DNA of 64,000 nucleotides from Felis catus (taxonomy: Eukaryota): positions 11,038,001 to 11,102,000 of the forward strand of contig NC_058383.1 in NCBI RefSeq assembly GCF_018350175.1, in the 5' to 3' direction. The notes beneath the pieces were generated by a model that had not been told where the DNA came from, did no database searches, and worked only from the letters and a program-made list of their open reading frames with translations. The stretch's first letter is position 1. Every line of letters begins with the position of its first letter. This document shows, in pieces, positions 1 through 11,300 of the stretch. A program made the translations under genes and the position numbers.

Positions 1-1962
1 TTTATTTATTTATTAGAGACAGAGAGCACGAGCTGGGGAGGGGGCAGAGGGAGAGAGAGAGAGAGAGAGAGGGATGGAGGGAGGGAACCTCCAGCAGGCT
101 CCACGATGGAGCCCAAAGCAGGGCTCTATCCCACCCACAACCCTGGGATCCTGACCTGAGCTGAAATCAAGAGTCAGACACAGCCCTGGGAGACACTCAG
201 GGCCCGCCCCTTTTTGCGTAGGTTGCATGCCCAGTGTGGGGCTTGAACTCATGACCCTGAGATCAAGAGTCTGCCGCTCTTCCTACGGAGCCACCCAGGC
301 GCCCCCTCCTAAATACTACTGTGTATTTCTTAAAACCGACAACATTCTCTGCAAATGTGTCAACATCGGCAAAGTATCGTAGATGAAACACCATTATTCA
401 GTCCTTACCAGTTCCCCTGCTTGTCCTCTGTAGTAAAAATGATCCGGTCCGGGATCCCATCCAGGACCACCTGCTGCGTTTCACCTGCCTGTGACCCTTC
501 AGACTCCTTTAATCCGGGTCAATCTTAACCCACCTTTCTCGGTCCTTCCCGACGTTGACATTCTGTAGAGCTGGGACCTGTCGTTTTGTGGGACATCCCT
601 TCTACAGAAGGACTTGGCTCCTCCTTCTTCCTCAGATTCAGGCTATGCGTCCGTGGCAGGAACACCCGGGAAGTGACACTGTGTTCTCCTCGTTGATCCT
701 ATCAGAGGCAGGCGATTTTGCTTTTTCTTCCGATGGTGATGGCTAATTTTGATCACCAAGTGTCTCTAGTGTAAGTAAGGTTACTATTTCTCCCTTTGTG
801 CGGGGAGATTCTGTGAAACAATATGAATAGCCCATTGCTCGTATAGTACGCGGATGACGCTTGCCCAAGTCAAATTACTATAATGATTGCCAAATAGTGA
901 GTTTTCAACTCTATAATTCCCTCTGCATTTATTAGTCGGCGTTTTACCATAAAGTTGTTCCCCTCTTCCTTACTATTTACTTATGCCAATACGGATGCAT
1001 GGATTTCTCTTTTATTCAATGGGAAACCATAACTTATTTTATGCTCACATCGTCCCACGCAAGCGGGGGAGGGAGAGAAAGAGAGGGGGACAGAGGAACC
1101 GAAGCACTGACAGCAGCAACCCCAATGCGGGGCTCGAACTCACGAACCGAGAGGTCCTGACCTGAGCCGAAGTCGGACTCTCGACCGACTGAGCCACCCG
1201 GGCGCCCCAAGAGCACACTCTTACTTCTGGTACGAGATGTTCCAGCGTCTGGTGCCCTCCAGCCGGACCCCTGGACTCAGCCATTTTCACTAAGGACCCC
1301 TGTTTCTTTGCAGTGGGGAGTGATGTTAGAAACCCTAGATCTGGAAGCTGAGTGTGTTTGTTGCCTCTGGGGTGTCATTGCCTGTTGTCCTTTCAATGGA
1401 CCGACGGGGGGTGGGGCGGGGGTGCGGAAGGCCATTTCATCTCATTCTTGCCTTGTACCGCTTTATATTCGTAGACGCTTCCTTTCTCCACGAGAACCCC
1501 GGCTCCCAACAAAATGATATTTAGTCCTTTGCTCGCTGCTGCAATCCACATGGGCTTGTTTGACCAGAATGACAGCTCCTGCACCATTGTAACAATCAGC
1601 CTGCAAATTCATTAAGTCACATTTTAAGCTTTCTTTGCAAGTTTTTCTTCTCCTTTTGGACCGAGGGTAGTAAAATACTGTAACTAAAAGTTACTTGGAA
1701 TTTTTCTTTTCCAGTTTCTCTTTAATACGGTTGTTACCCATTTGACAGATAGTGAGGTTCATTTGTTTTTGTTTCCAATTTGAAGTTAAAAAACAAAATC
1801 CTGGGGTGCCCGGGTGACTCAGTCGGTTAAACATCTGACTCTTGATTTCAGCTCAGGTCATGATCTCACAGTTCCGTGGGTTCCAGCCCCATTTCGGGCT
1901 CTGTGCTGACAGCTCAGGGCCTGCGTGGGATTTTCTCTTCCTCTCTGTCCCTCCCCCACTTG

Positions 1963-1995
<33 letters not shown>

Positions 1996-4629
1996 AAAAA
2001 TATATAAACATTAACAAATTTTTTAATCATTCTTGGTCTAATTTTTTGTATTTTTTTAAAAATGTTTATTTTTGAGAGAGGGAGAGAGAGACAGAGCATG
2101 AGTGGGGGAGGGACAGAGAGAGAGAGGGAGACACAGAATCTGAAGCAGGCTCCAGGCTCCAAGCCGTCAGCACAGAACCCGATGCGGGGCTCGAACTCAC
2201 GGCCGTGAGATCATGACCTGAGCCTAAGTTGGACGCTTACCAACTGAGCCACCCAGGCGCCTTTTAATTTTATTTTTAAATGTGCCATATGTTAATATAT
2301 TTGATGCAATCGATCATCACACTTTCTAGAAAGATATGTTCAAAGGCTCATTCTGATTTATCTTTCCTGTATTTCTCTTTGTAAAAAAAAGGGGATGCCT
2401 GGCTGGCTCAGTCAGAGGCCTGAGCGACTCTTGATCTCGTGGTCGTGGATTCCGGCCCCATGTGGGTGGAGAGATTACTTAAAAATAAAATATTTAAAAA
2501 GAAAGAAAGGAAGAAACAGAGGGAGGAAGGGAGGGAGAAGAAAAATGTATAAATATTTTCTTGGGGTGCCTGGCTGGTTCATCAGAGGAATATGAGACTC
2601 TTAATCTCATATAGTGAGTTCAAACCCCACGTGGGGTATAGAGATTACTTAAGTAAATAAAAGTTTAGGGGCACCTGGGTGGCTTGGTCGGTTAAGCGTC
2701 CGACTTCAGCTCAGGTCATGATCTCCCGGTCCGTGAGTTCGAGCCCCACGTTGGGCTCTGTGCTGACAGCTCAGAGCCTGGAGCCTGTTTCAGATTCTGT
2801 GTCTCCCTCTCTCTGACCCTCCCCTGTTCATGCTGTCTCTCTCTCTCTCAAAAATAAATAAACGTTTAAAAAAAAAGAAACATTAAAAAATAATAATAAA
2901 TAAAACTTTAAAATATATATATGCATTTTTTCTTATTTTTCCTTCTTTACACAGACAATAAACAAAGCTATATGATGACATATGCTATACCTGCCTTTTC
3001 CCCATGATCCTATAATATCACAGAGTTCCCTCCAAATTAGTTCATTAAGTCTGTCCCATTTTTTTTACATGTATATAAGAGTCCGTTGTGTGACTGCACC
3101 ATTGTGTCCTCAAACGACCATTTCGACTGTTTTCACTAACTGGCAATTACCTAATGACCCTGCCCTGATGTTGTTATAAGTAAAGTCGACACTTCTTTGT
3201 ATGTTTAGGGTTACATATATATGTGTGGGTGTATAACCGTGAACTTTTCATGCCTTTTGCTCATGTTTCTATCACACTGTTTGTCTTTTTACTTTCACTT
3301 TTTAAAAAGTTCTTTAAAGGATTTTTTTTGAAGTTTATTCATTTATTGAAGTCATCTCTACGCCCAGCGTGGGGCTTGAACTCACGACCCCCAGATCAAG
3401 AGTCACAGGCTCTGCTGACTGAGCTGGCCAGGCGCCCCTAGTGTTTTCCTCGTTTGATGTAAAATTTATGTGAAATGAAATCCACCAGACTTAGAGACAT
3501 TTGCCGAGTTTTGAAGGTACTGTCCCTGTGTAACCCAAATCCTTGCCAAGATATAGATTGTTACCAGGGGCGCCTGGGTGGCTCAGTCCGTTAGCCGTCT
3601 GACTTCGGCTCAGGTCATGATCTCACGGTTCGTGGGTTCGAGCCCCGCGTCGGGCTCTGTGCTGACAGCTCAGAACCTGGAGCCTGCTTCGGGTTCTCTG
3701 CCCCTCCCCTGCTCACATTCTCTCGCTCTCTCTCTCAAACATAAATAAACATTAAAAATTTTTTTAATTAAAAGAAAAGATATAGATGGTTACCATCACC
3801 CCAGATTCTCTTGCTCCCCACCCATTCCTCCACCATCCCCCAGAGGCAACCACTGTTGTGATTTTTTTCCACCTTAAATTAGTTACGCTTTTTGTCTGGA
3901 ACATCATAGATATCGAGTTCTGCCCTGTGTGTGGCCTTTTGTGTCTGGCCGCTTTCACTCAGCATAACGCTTTTGAGATTCCTCCGTGTGGCTGCCATCT
4001 GTCAGTAATTTGTTCCTCTTTGTGGCCGAGTAGAATTTTCCTGCCTGTATTTTGGTTTTTCCTTACCAAGTTTTTTTGTTTTTCTTTCTAATAATGGCTC
4101 CACTGAGATACGATCCTCGAATCCACCTAGGTAAAGGGTACAGTCCTAGGTGGTTTTTAGTATTCACAGACTTGTGCGGCCCTCATACAATTAATATTCG
4201 ATTTTTGTCACCACCCAAAAGCACCCCTGTACCCATTAGAAATTCCGCGTTGCCCGCCCAGCACCCCGCACCCTCGGATCTACATTGCGGTGTCTGTGTG
4301 TCCATTCTGGACATTTGGTAGAAACGGAGCCTTACGCTGTCTTGTCCCAGCCCGGGCTCTTCTGTCTCACCACCTGTCACTCTCCTACCGGCCCTAGGAG
4401 GGGGGCCCTCCCTGTATCTCCAATTCACGGAGGAGGGATTTGAGTTAATTTGAGAGAAGTTGAACATCTTCCCCTGATCCTAAAGCTGGAGGGTGGCAGC
4501 TCTGGGGTCCAGGCGGCCGGTGCCGTCTCTTGGCCTAGGTCGCCCCAAAGAGTGCTCTTCCCCCCCCCCAAGTCCCCTGGGCTTCCACCAGGAAGCTGAA
4601 TGAGGTCCTCTGCCCTGGCCACCCCCTAG

Positions 4630-4710
4630 GTGTACATGTTCCTGGTGAAATGGCAGGACCTGTCCGAGAAGGTGGTCTACCGGGGGTTCCCGGAAATCTA
4701 CGAGTTCCAC
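4630..4710 (+). CDS. NCF1: NCF1 exon 2 (PX domain)
   Basis: ctag|GTGTAC...TTCCAC|gtgagt; 81 nt; [27 protein letters not shown]. Confidence 0.95.
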
Positions 4711-6058
4711 GTGAGTGCCCGGGTGTGCGCGGGGGACGGGGGCGGGGGCGGGAGGGGACACCACCCCCACTCCCAGCTCTGCCTTTGGATGGGGGGGCGG
4801 GGGGGGCAGCCCAGGTGCTGTGGCCAGGGACTGAAGAACCCCGATCACCCCCCCGCCCACAGTCAAGGGGGTGTTATTTATTTCTTAACTTAAAAGAACA
4901 TTTGCCTTAAAGTCTGTTTAAAAACTTTTTTCAAGTTTTTATTTATTTGAGAGAGAGAGAGAGAGAGTGTGTGTGCATAAGTGGGGGAGGGGCGGAGAGA
5001 AGGAGAGACAGAATCCCAAGCAGGCTCTGCCCCATCACACAGAGATCAAGAACGGAGATCAAGAGTCAGACACTCGGGGCGCCTGGGTGGCTCAGTTGGT
5101 TAAGTGCCTGACTTTGGCTCAGGTCGTGCGTGACCTCATGGGTCGTGGGTTTGAGCCCCGGGTTGGGCATCTGTGCTGACGGCATGGAGCCTGCTTGGGA
5201 TTCTCTCTTCCTCTTTCTCTCTGCCCCTCCCTCCCCCCGCCCCGCCTCAAAACAAAAAAATAAAGTTGAAAAAAAAAAAAAGTCGGGCATTGAACCCACT
5301 GTGCTACCCAGGCGCCCTTCCGTAAAGTCCGTTTTGATGTGGTACACGTCACACAAATGTAGCATTTCAAGCGTACAATTTCGGTGGCAAGAGGTACATT
5401 CACAATGTCGTGCAGCCATCCTTTACGTCCATCTCCAGGGTAGTTTCCTTTCCCACACAGAAACGCTGTCCGCATAAGCTCCTGGTGGCATTCTTTATAC
5501 ATATATAATTTTATTTATTTTTTTAATGTTTGTTTATTTTTGAGAGAGAGACAGAGTGTGAGTGGGGGAGGGGCAGAGAGAGAGGGGGAGACACAGGATC
5601 CGAAGCGGGCTCCAGGCTCTGAGCTGTCAGCACAGAACCCGACCCGGGGCTCGAACCCACGAACCGTGAGATCATGACGTGAGCCGAAGTCGGATGCTCA
5701 ACCGACTGAGCCACCCAGGCACCCGATCCTGGGGGTGTTCTTAAAGGGACAGCCTGGTTAGTGTCACCACCAGGTTGTCATCCCAGGAGTTTGCTCTTTA
5801 ACTCCCGGTCACTGGCCCCATGAGGTCCCCGGGGAGGTGAGAAGGAGGGCAGGCAACCCTGACTTCTCTTGCTTTGTGGGTGCCCGCCGTCAGCCAGATT
5901 CAAAGAGAGGTGCCTGCCGTCAGCCAGATTCAAACATCTCTTGCATGAGAGGTTTAAAACCAAATGCAGAGAAATGGGAAGAAGACTGTAGTGTAAGCAG
6001 TCCCGCACAACCAGCACTTTGGATCACAGTTAATGTGTCTGTGCTGTTTGCTACAAGG

Positions 6059-6100
<42 letters not shown>

Positions 6101-8273
6101 ATGTAAGCTCTATGCCCCACAAGATCTCATGATCCTGAGATCAACAGTTGCACGCTCTGCCGACTGAGCCAGCCAAGGCGCCCCGCAAGGCTTTTGTAAG
6201 ATAAAGGCAATAAAACATTACGAAAGAGTAGAAGGCATCCTTCATCCCATAACGCCACCCCGCTCCAGCCCCGGGTAAGTGCGTGCACACACGTTCAAGA
6301 ACAAGGTACAGTAGTGCGGAGCGCGCATTTTCTGCAGGCTTTCTAGAGGCCATCAGCCTGCTGGCCTCGCTACCGTCACTGGGTCACGTGTTTGAGACCC
6401 TCTCCTGCTTGGCCCATGCACAGCTCCGCGTCTCCTCTTTGAAGTGTGCTGGGTTGTTCCATCGTAAGATTAGACCCTTTTACTAATTGCTGGGCTCATT
6501 CATCCATTCAGCAACTACTTACCGAGCACTTCCTAAGCGCCAGGTGCATTCTACCTGGGGGGCAGGAGGTGCTGTAAAGGTGACAAGGGCATAAGAAAGA
6601 CCCAAGTCCTTGCCTTCCCTTGTGGACCTTAGGTTCTAGCAGAGGAGTCAGGATAAGACACAGACAACACATAAGTACTGTGCGTAGTGTGTTAGTTATT
6701 ACAACTATGGGAAAAATGAGGCAGGGAGGGGGGACGGGGAGGATTGGGTTAGGAAGGGAAATCGTCAAGGAGAAGGTTTTGCTGCAGGGGAGCTATCTGA
6801 GCAGAGACTTGAAGAAGGAGAAAGAAAAAGAGAAAGCGCCATTGGCAAATGGGGAGGAACGGGAAGAGCAAGTACAAAGGCCCTGGGGCAGGAGTGGGCC
6901 CAGAGTATCCAGGGGCGTCTGGTACAGAGTGAACAAGGGAGGGAAGGATAGTGGCAGAGGAGGTCAGCGAGGCGGGCGGGAACAGGTCTGAGGGGCCCGG
7001 TAGACTGATGTGAGGCTCTTGGCTTCCATTCTGAGTGAGCTGAGAGGCAGGGAGGGCTCTGAGCAGAGGAGGGACGGATGATCCAGTTTAAGTTTTAAGA
7101 GGGTGCTGATTGAGGACAGACAAGCGTGGGAGAGTATGTAAGAACCCAGGCTCGGTGGCACTCAGACCAAGGTGGTGGCCATGTGGGTGGCGAGAAGGGT
7201 CAGATTCTGGGTAGATTTCGGGAGGAGAAAGAAGCAAAAGGACCTGCTGGTGTCAAGGAGGTGAAGTGAGAGAGGAAGAGAGAACCAAGGACGCCTCCAG
7301 AAGTTTCTACTCCGAGTGATTCGAGGGGTTGCTTCCAATTCTGTACTTGTATAGTGTTGTAATAAAGGACATTCGGGGGCGCCTGGGTGGCTCAGTCGGT
7401 TGAGCGTCCGACTTCGGCTCAGATCGTGATCTCACGGTCTGTGGGTTCGAGCCCCGAGTCGGGCTCCGTGCTGACAGCCCAGAGCCTGGACCCTGCTTCG
7501 GATTCTGCGTCTCCCTCTCTCTCTCTGCCCCTCCCCTGCTCGCACTCTGTCTCTCTCTATCTCAAAAATAAATAAAACATTCTTGAAAATTTTTTTAAAA
7601 AAAGACCTTCTTGCCCCTTTTGTTTTCTGTCTAGAAACAGTTAAAGGAAATGTTTCCTATTGAGGCCGGGGACATCAACGCAGAGAACAGGATCATCCCC
7701 CACCTGCCAGGTGAGGAGCAGGGTCACCGCCCCTCCCCCCACGCCCACAGGACCTTGACCTGAGAAGGTGCTCACTAGTTCTCTGGTGCCCCTCCCTGGC
7801 CTGGCCAGCCCCGCGGTGGTTCGATGGGCAGCGGGTCGCTGAGAGTCGCCAGGGCACCCTCACTGAATACTTCGGTGCGCTCATGAGCCTGCCTGTCAAG
7901 ATTTCCCGCTGTCCCCACCTCCTCGACTTCTTCAAGGTTCGCCCCGACGACCTCAAGCTCCCCACGGACAACCAGTGAGTGGCCCCGTCACTCTGTCCCC
8001 GAAGTGGGGGAGGGTGGTGAGCTCTGCCCGGGGAGGGGGGCACAGGACCTCCCCCGTGTTACAGACAACTAAAGCTCAGAGAGGGGAGACGACCTGCCCA
8101 AAGTCACACAGCCTGAAACAGGAGGAGGCGGGATTCCAGCTGTGGCCTGTGTGACCTGCAACCCCTCCCCTCCGTCCCCCAGCATCCCTGCCAAGTCCTT
8201 CTGTCTTTTTTTTTTTTTAAGTTTTATTTATTTATTTAGAGAGAGAGAGAGACAGCTCGAGTGGGGAAGGGGC

Positions 8274-8318
<45 letters not shown>

Positions 8319-11300
8319 CCCAAGGAGGCTCCACGCTACCTGTGCAGAGCCCGACGGGGGTGGGGGTGGGGGGGCTTGAGCTCACAAAACCACGAGAGTG
8401 TGACCTGAGCTGAAACCGAGTCAGACGCTCAACCGACTGAGCCACTTGGTGCCCTGCCAAGTCTCTTCCCTGGAGTCCGGTGCCGGGGTGGGGGGTGGGT
8501 GGGGCTCCCTGGGCCGGGACCCTGAGATCCTAGATCCTCAGCCTGGCCGAACCTTCTGAGAGCAGTTTTCCCGTCTGTACCGGGGTGGTAAGGGCCAGAT
8601 GCAGAAATGGGTGCCATGGACAGCGTTACCAACTGGGAAGTTCAGAGCCCCAGCAGGGTGGGGGGTTGGTGGCCACGGCTAATTGCGGGACACGCCTCCG
8701 CTTTGTCACCTCCTTCTCCGCCTGTCCTGCTCCTGGGGTCTCCTGTACTCAGGGCCCAGCATGGAAATATCTGAGAAGCCTCAGGAGCTCTTAGGGGGAT
8801 GTGCCGTCTTGCTGGGGTGGCCCCTCTCTCCGTCCTCTCTGCTCACTGAATATGGGTGAGGCCGCCGTGGACAGACTCCAGCAGTGTGGACCGACCCCTG
8901 AACGCACCGCTGGTCCCGGGCAGGGCAGCTCCCACGGGCCTGGGGGGCGGGGACGCCCACTCCCCGTTGGCTGCTCTCCCCAGGCCCCAGGAGGAGGGGG
9001 CTGACCCCTGAGGTGACAAGAGGCTTTTCCAGCCCGGAGTGCATCCTTACCTGGACCCGAGTGCATTCTCTTCTTTGGGTCTGCCGGAGGCTGGGGGGCC
9101 TTTCTAGCCCTTTCCTCCACAGTGCCCTCCCCCATCCCACCTTCCTTTTCCTCCTGGGGAGTTCTGTGGGTCTGCCCGGGGCTTCTGAGCCGTCTAACCC
9201 GGACTATTCTTTCCTGCAGGGTGAAAAAGCCAGAGACTTACCTGGTGCCCAAAGACAGCAAGAACAACAGTGTCACAGGTGAGAGACATGGGCAGTCACG
9301 CGTGGGTCACCCTGTGGGATCTGGGAACGTGATCAGGGATCCTGAGCACAGGCTGTGCAGGGAAAGGGGCCGAGGGTGGGGGAGAGCCGCCTTGAAGGGT
9401 CTCGGTGGCTGCACTAAAGAGTGGGGATCTTTGGGGGGTCACTAGACGTGAAGCTTTGGGGGCTCATGTCTGTGGCTGCATTGCCCAGCACGACCCTGGT
9501 GCCCACAGCCCGGGGATGTCGTGGCTGAGTGAGTGAACAGGTCTGGGGGCCAAAGTGGCCTTCATGGCTCACACAGGGGCATGACCGTGTGTGATCTTTA
9601 CTGCATGATCATTGTTGTTGTTTTTAACATTAAAAAAAAAGTTTATTTATTTTAAGAGCGAGAGTGCACGCATGGAAGGGGCAGGGAGAGGGGGAAACAG
9701 AATCCCAAGCAGGCTCTGAGCCGTCAGCGCAGAGCACATCCTGGGGCTTGATCCCACGAACGGTGAGACCATGGCCCGAGCCGAGACCGAGAGTCAGGGG
9801 CTTAACTAGCTTGTCCCTGCTGCTTTCCAGCTGGCAGGGTGCATACCCCCCTGGCGTGCTTGCAGCTGGGTGGGGCGGGGACACCAGGGCACCGGTGGCC
9901 GATGCAGGGGACCACCGGGAGGAGGCAGCCCAGCCCCGCGGCGTCCACTTACCCTGCCCTCCCTCTGCCCAGACATCACGGGCCCCATCATCCTGCAGAC
10001 GTACCGTGCCATCGCTGACTTCGAGAAGAGCTCGGGCTCCCAGATGGCTCTGGCCACGGGCGACGTGGTGGACGTCGTGGAGAAGAGCGAGAGTGGTCAG
10101 CCTCCCCGCCCTCCCGGGACCTTCCTCCCCTTGGTGCCCGCAGCCGTGGCCACAAGCCTCTCGGACGGCCTGGGGCTTCCTCCCCACCTGATGGGCTGTG
10201 GCTCCTTCGGGGGCCCTGACTGTCCTTCCTGCTCTGTCCCCGAGCTGAGGCTGCGGGCACCCGTGCACCTCCGGGGCTTATGTGCCCCCCCCCCCGGGTG
10301 GCCGGGTCACGACGTGTGTGAGGCGGATTCTGAGCTCTCACCCTGTGACCTGTGTGTGTGGCTGTGTGTCACTTGGGCATGGAGTGTGCTGAAGGTGACA
10401 TCTCTGAATCCGAGTGTTGGGTGTCTGTGTGCCTATGTCGGGGCATCCTTACCACCCTGGGGGAGGGGGGCGGCTGCCGGGCCCGCCCAGACTTCCCGCC
10501 TCGCACGCCTGGCACAGGCTGGTGGTTCTGCCAAACGAAGACAAAGCGAGGTTGGGTCCCCGCATCCTACTTGGAGCCCCTGGACAGTCCTGATGAGGCA
10601 GAGGACCCCGAGCCCAACTATGAAGGTACCACCCGCCCTCCACGACCATAACGATGTGAGGGGAAGGGACCAGAGGGGCCCTGGGATGCCAAGAAGCCAG
10701 AAGTGACCGCTGTGGGCTTGGATAGGATTGTGGGCTGGGCAGTGGGGCAGCCAGGGTGGAGACCCCATAGTCCGGTTGGAGGGCCCCGGGAGGAGGTGGT
10801 GCCCTTGGTCAGGACGGAGACGCGGGAGGTAGAGTAGAGGTGAAGCTCTGAGGTCGGCCAGCCTGAGACAGGTGGTGGGGCCAGCCGGGGACCGGGCCGG
10901 CGGGAAGCCGACCGGTGAGGGTCAGGAAGGCGTACTGCCTGGAGGCGGGGGCATCCTCGCTGACTGGAAGCCCCTGGGCCGGATGGGGCTCAGGGGGAGG
11001 TTGAGACGAGTTCGAGTTGGTTGCCCGTATTTTAAAAGGGAGAGATCTCACAACAGTGTGTGGATTTGTAGCTTCTCTGGAAAAGCGGGGAAAGGTCTAT
11101 ACACTGGGTAGGCGGCTCCGGATGTGGGCAGTTGGCAGGCGTCAAGGGGCTCAGGTGACAGGTGGATGGGCGCTCCACCCTTGCACCTCCTGCCGGGCCC
11201 CTCCTGGGATCCGGGCGCCTGGGCCCCTGCTGTGGGTGGTGGGAGGTGGGAGCCCCTGGGTGTAGTGGCGTCCCCTCACCGGTGGGGGGCAGCAGTTTGC

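Noticed and set aside
2668..2760. tRNA-like A/B box sequence (and similar copies elsewhere)
   Set aside because: SINE heads followed by a CT tract and A-tail, not tRNA genes.
1..4629. NCF1 exon 1 and promoter
   Set aside because: No MGDTFIRH-coding sequence found; the region is SINE/L1-derived intron 1.
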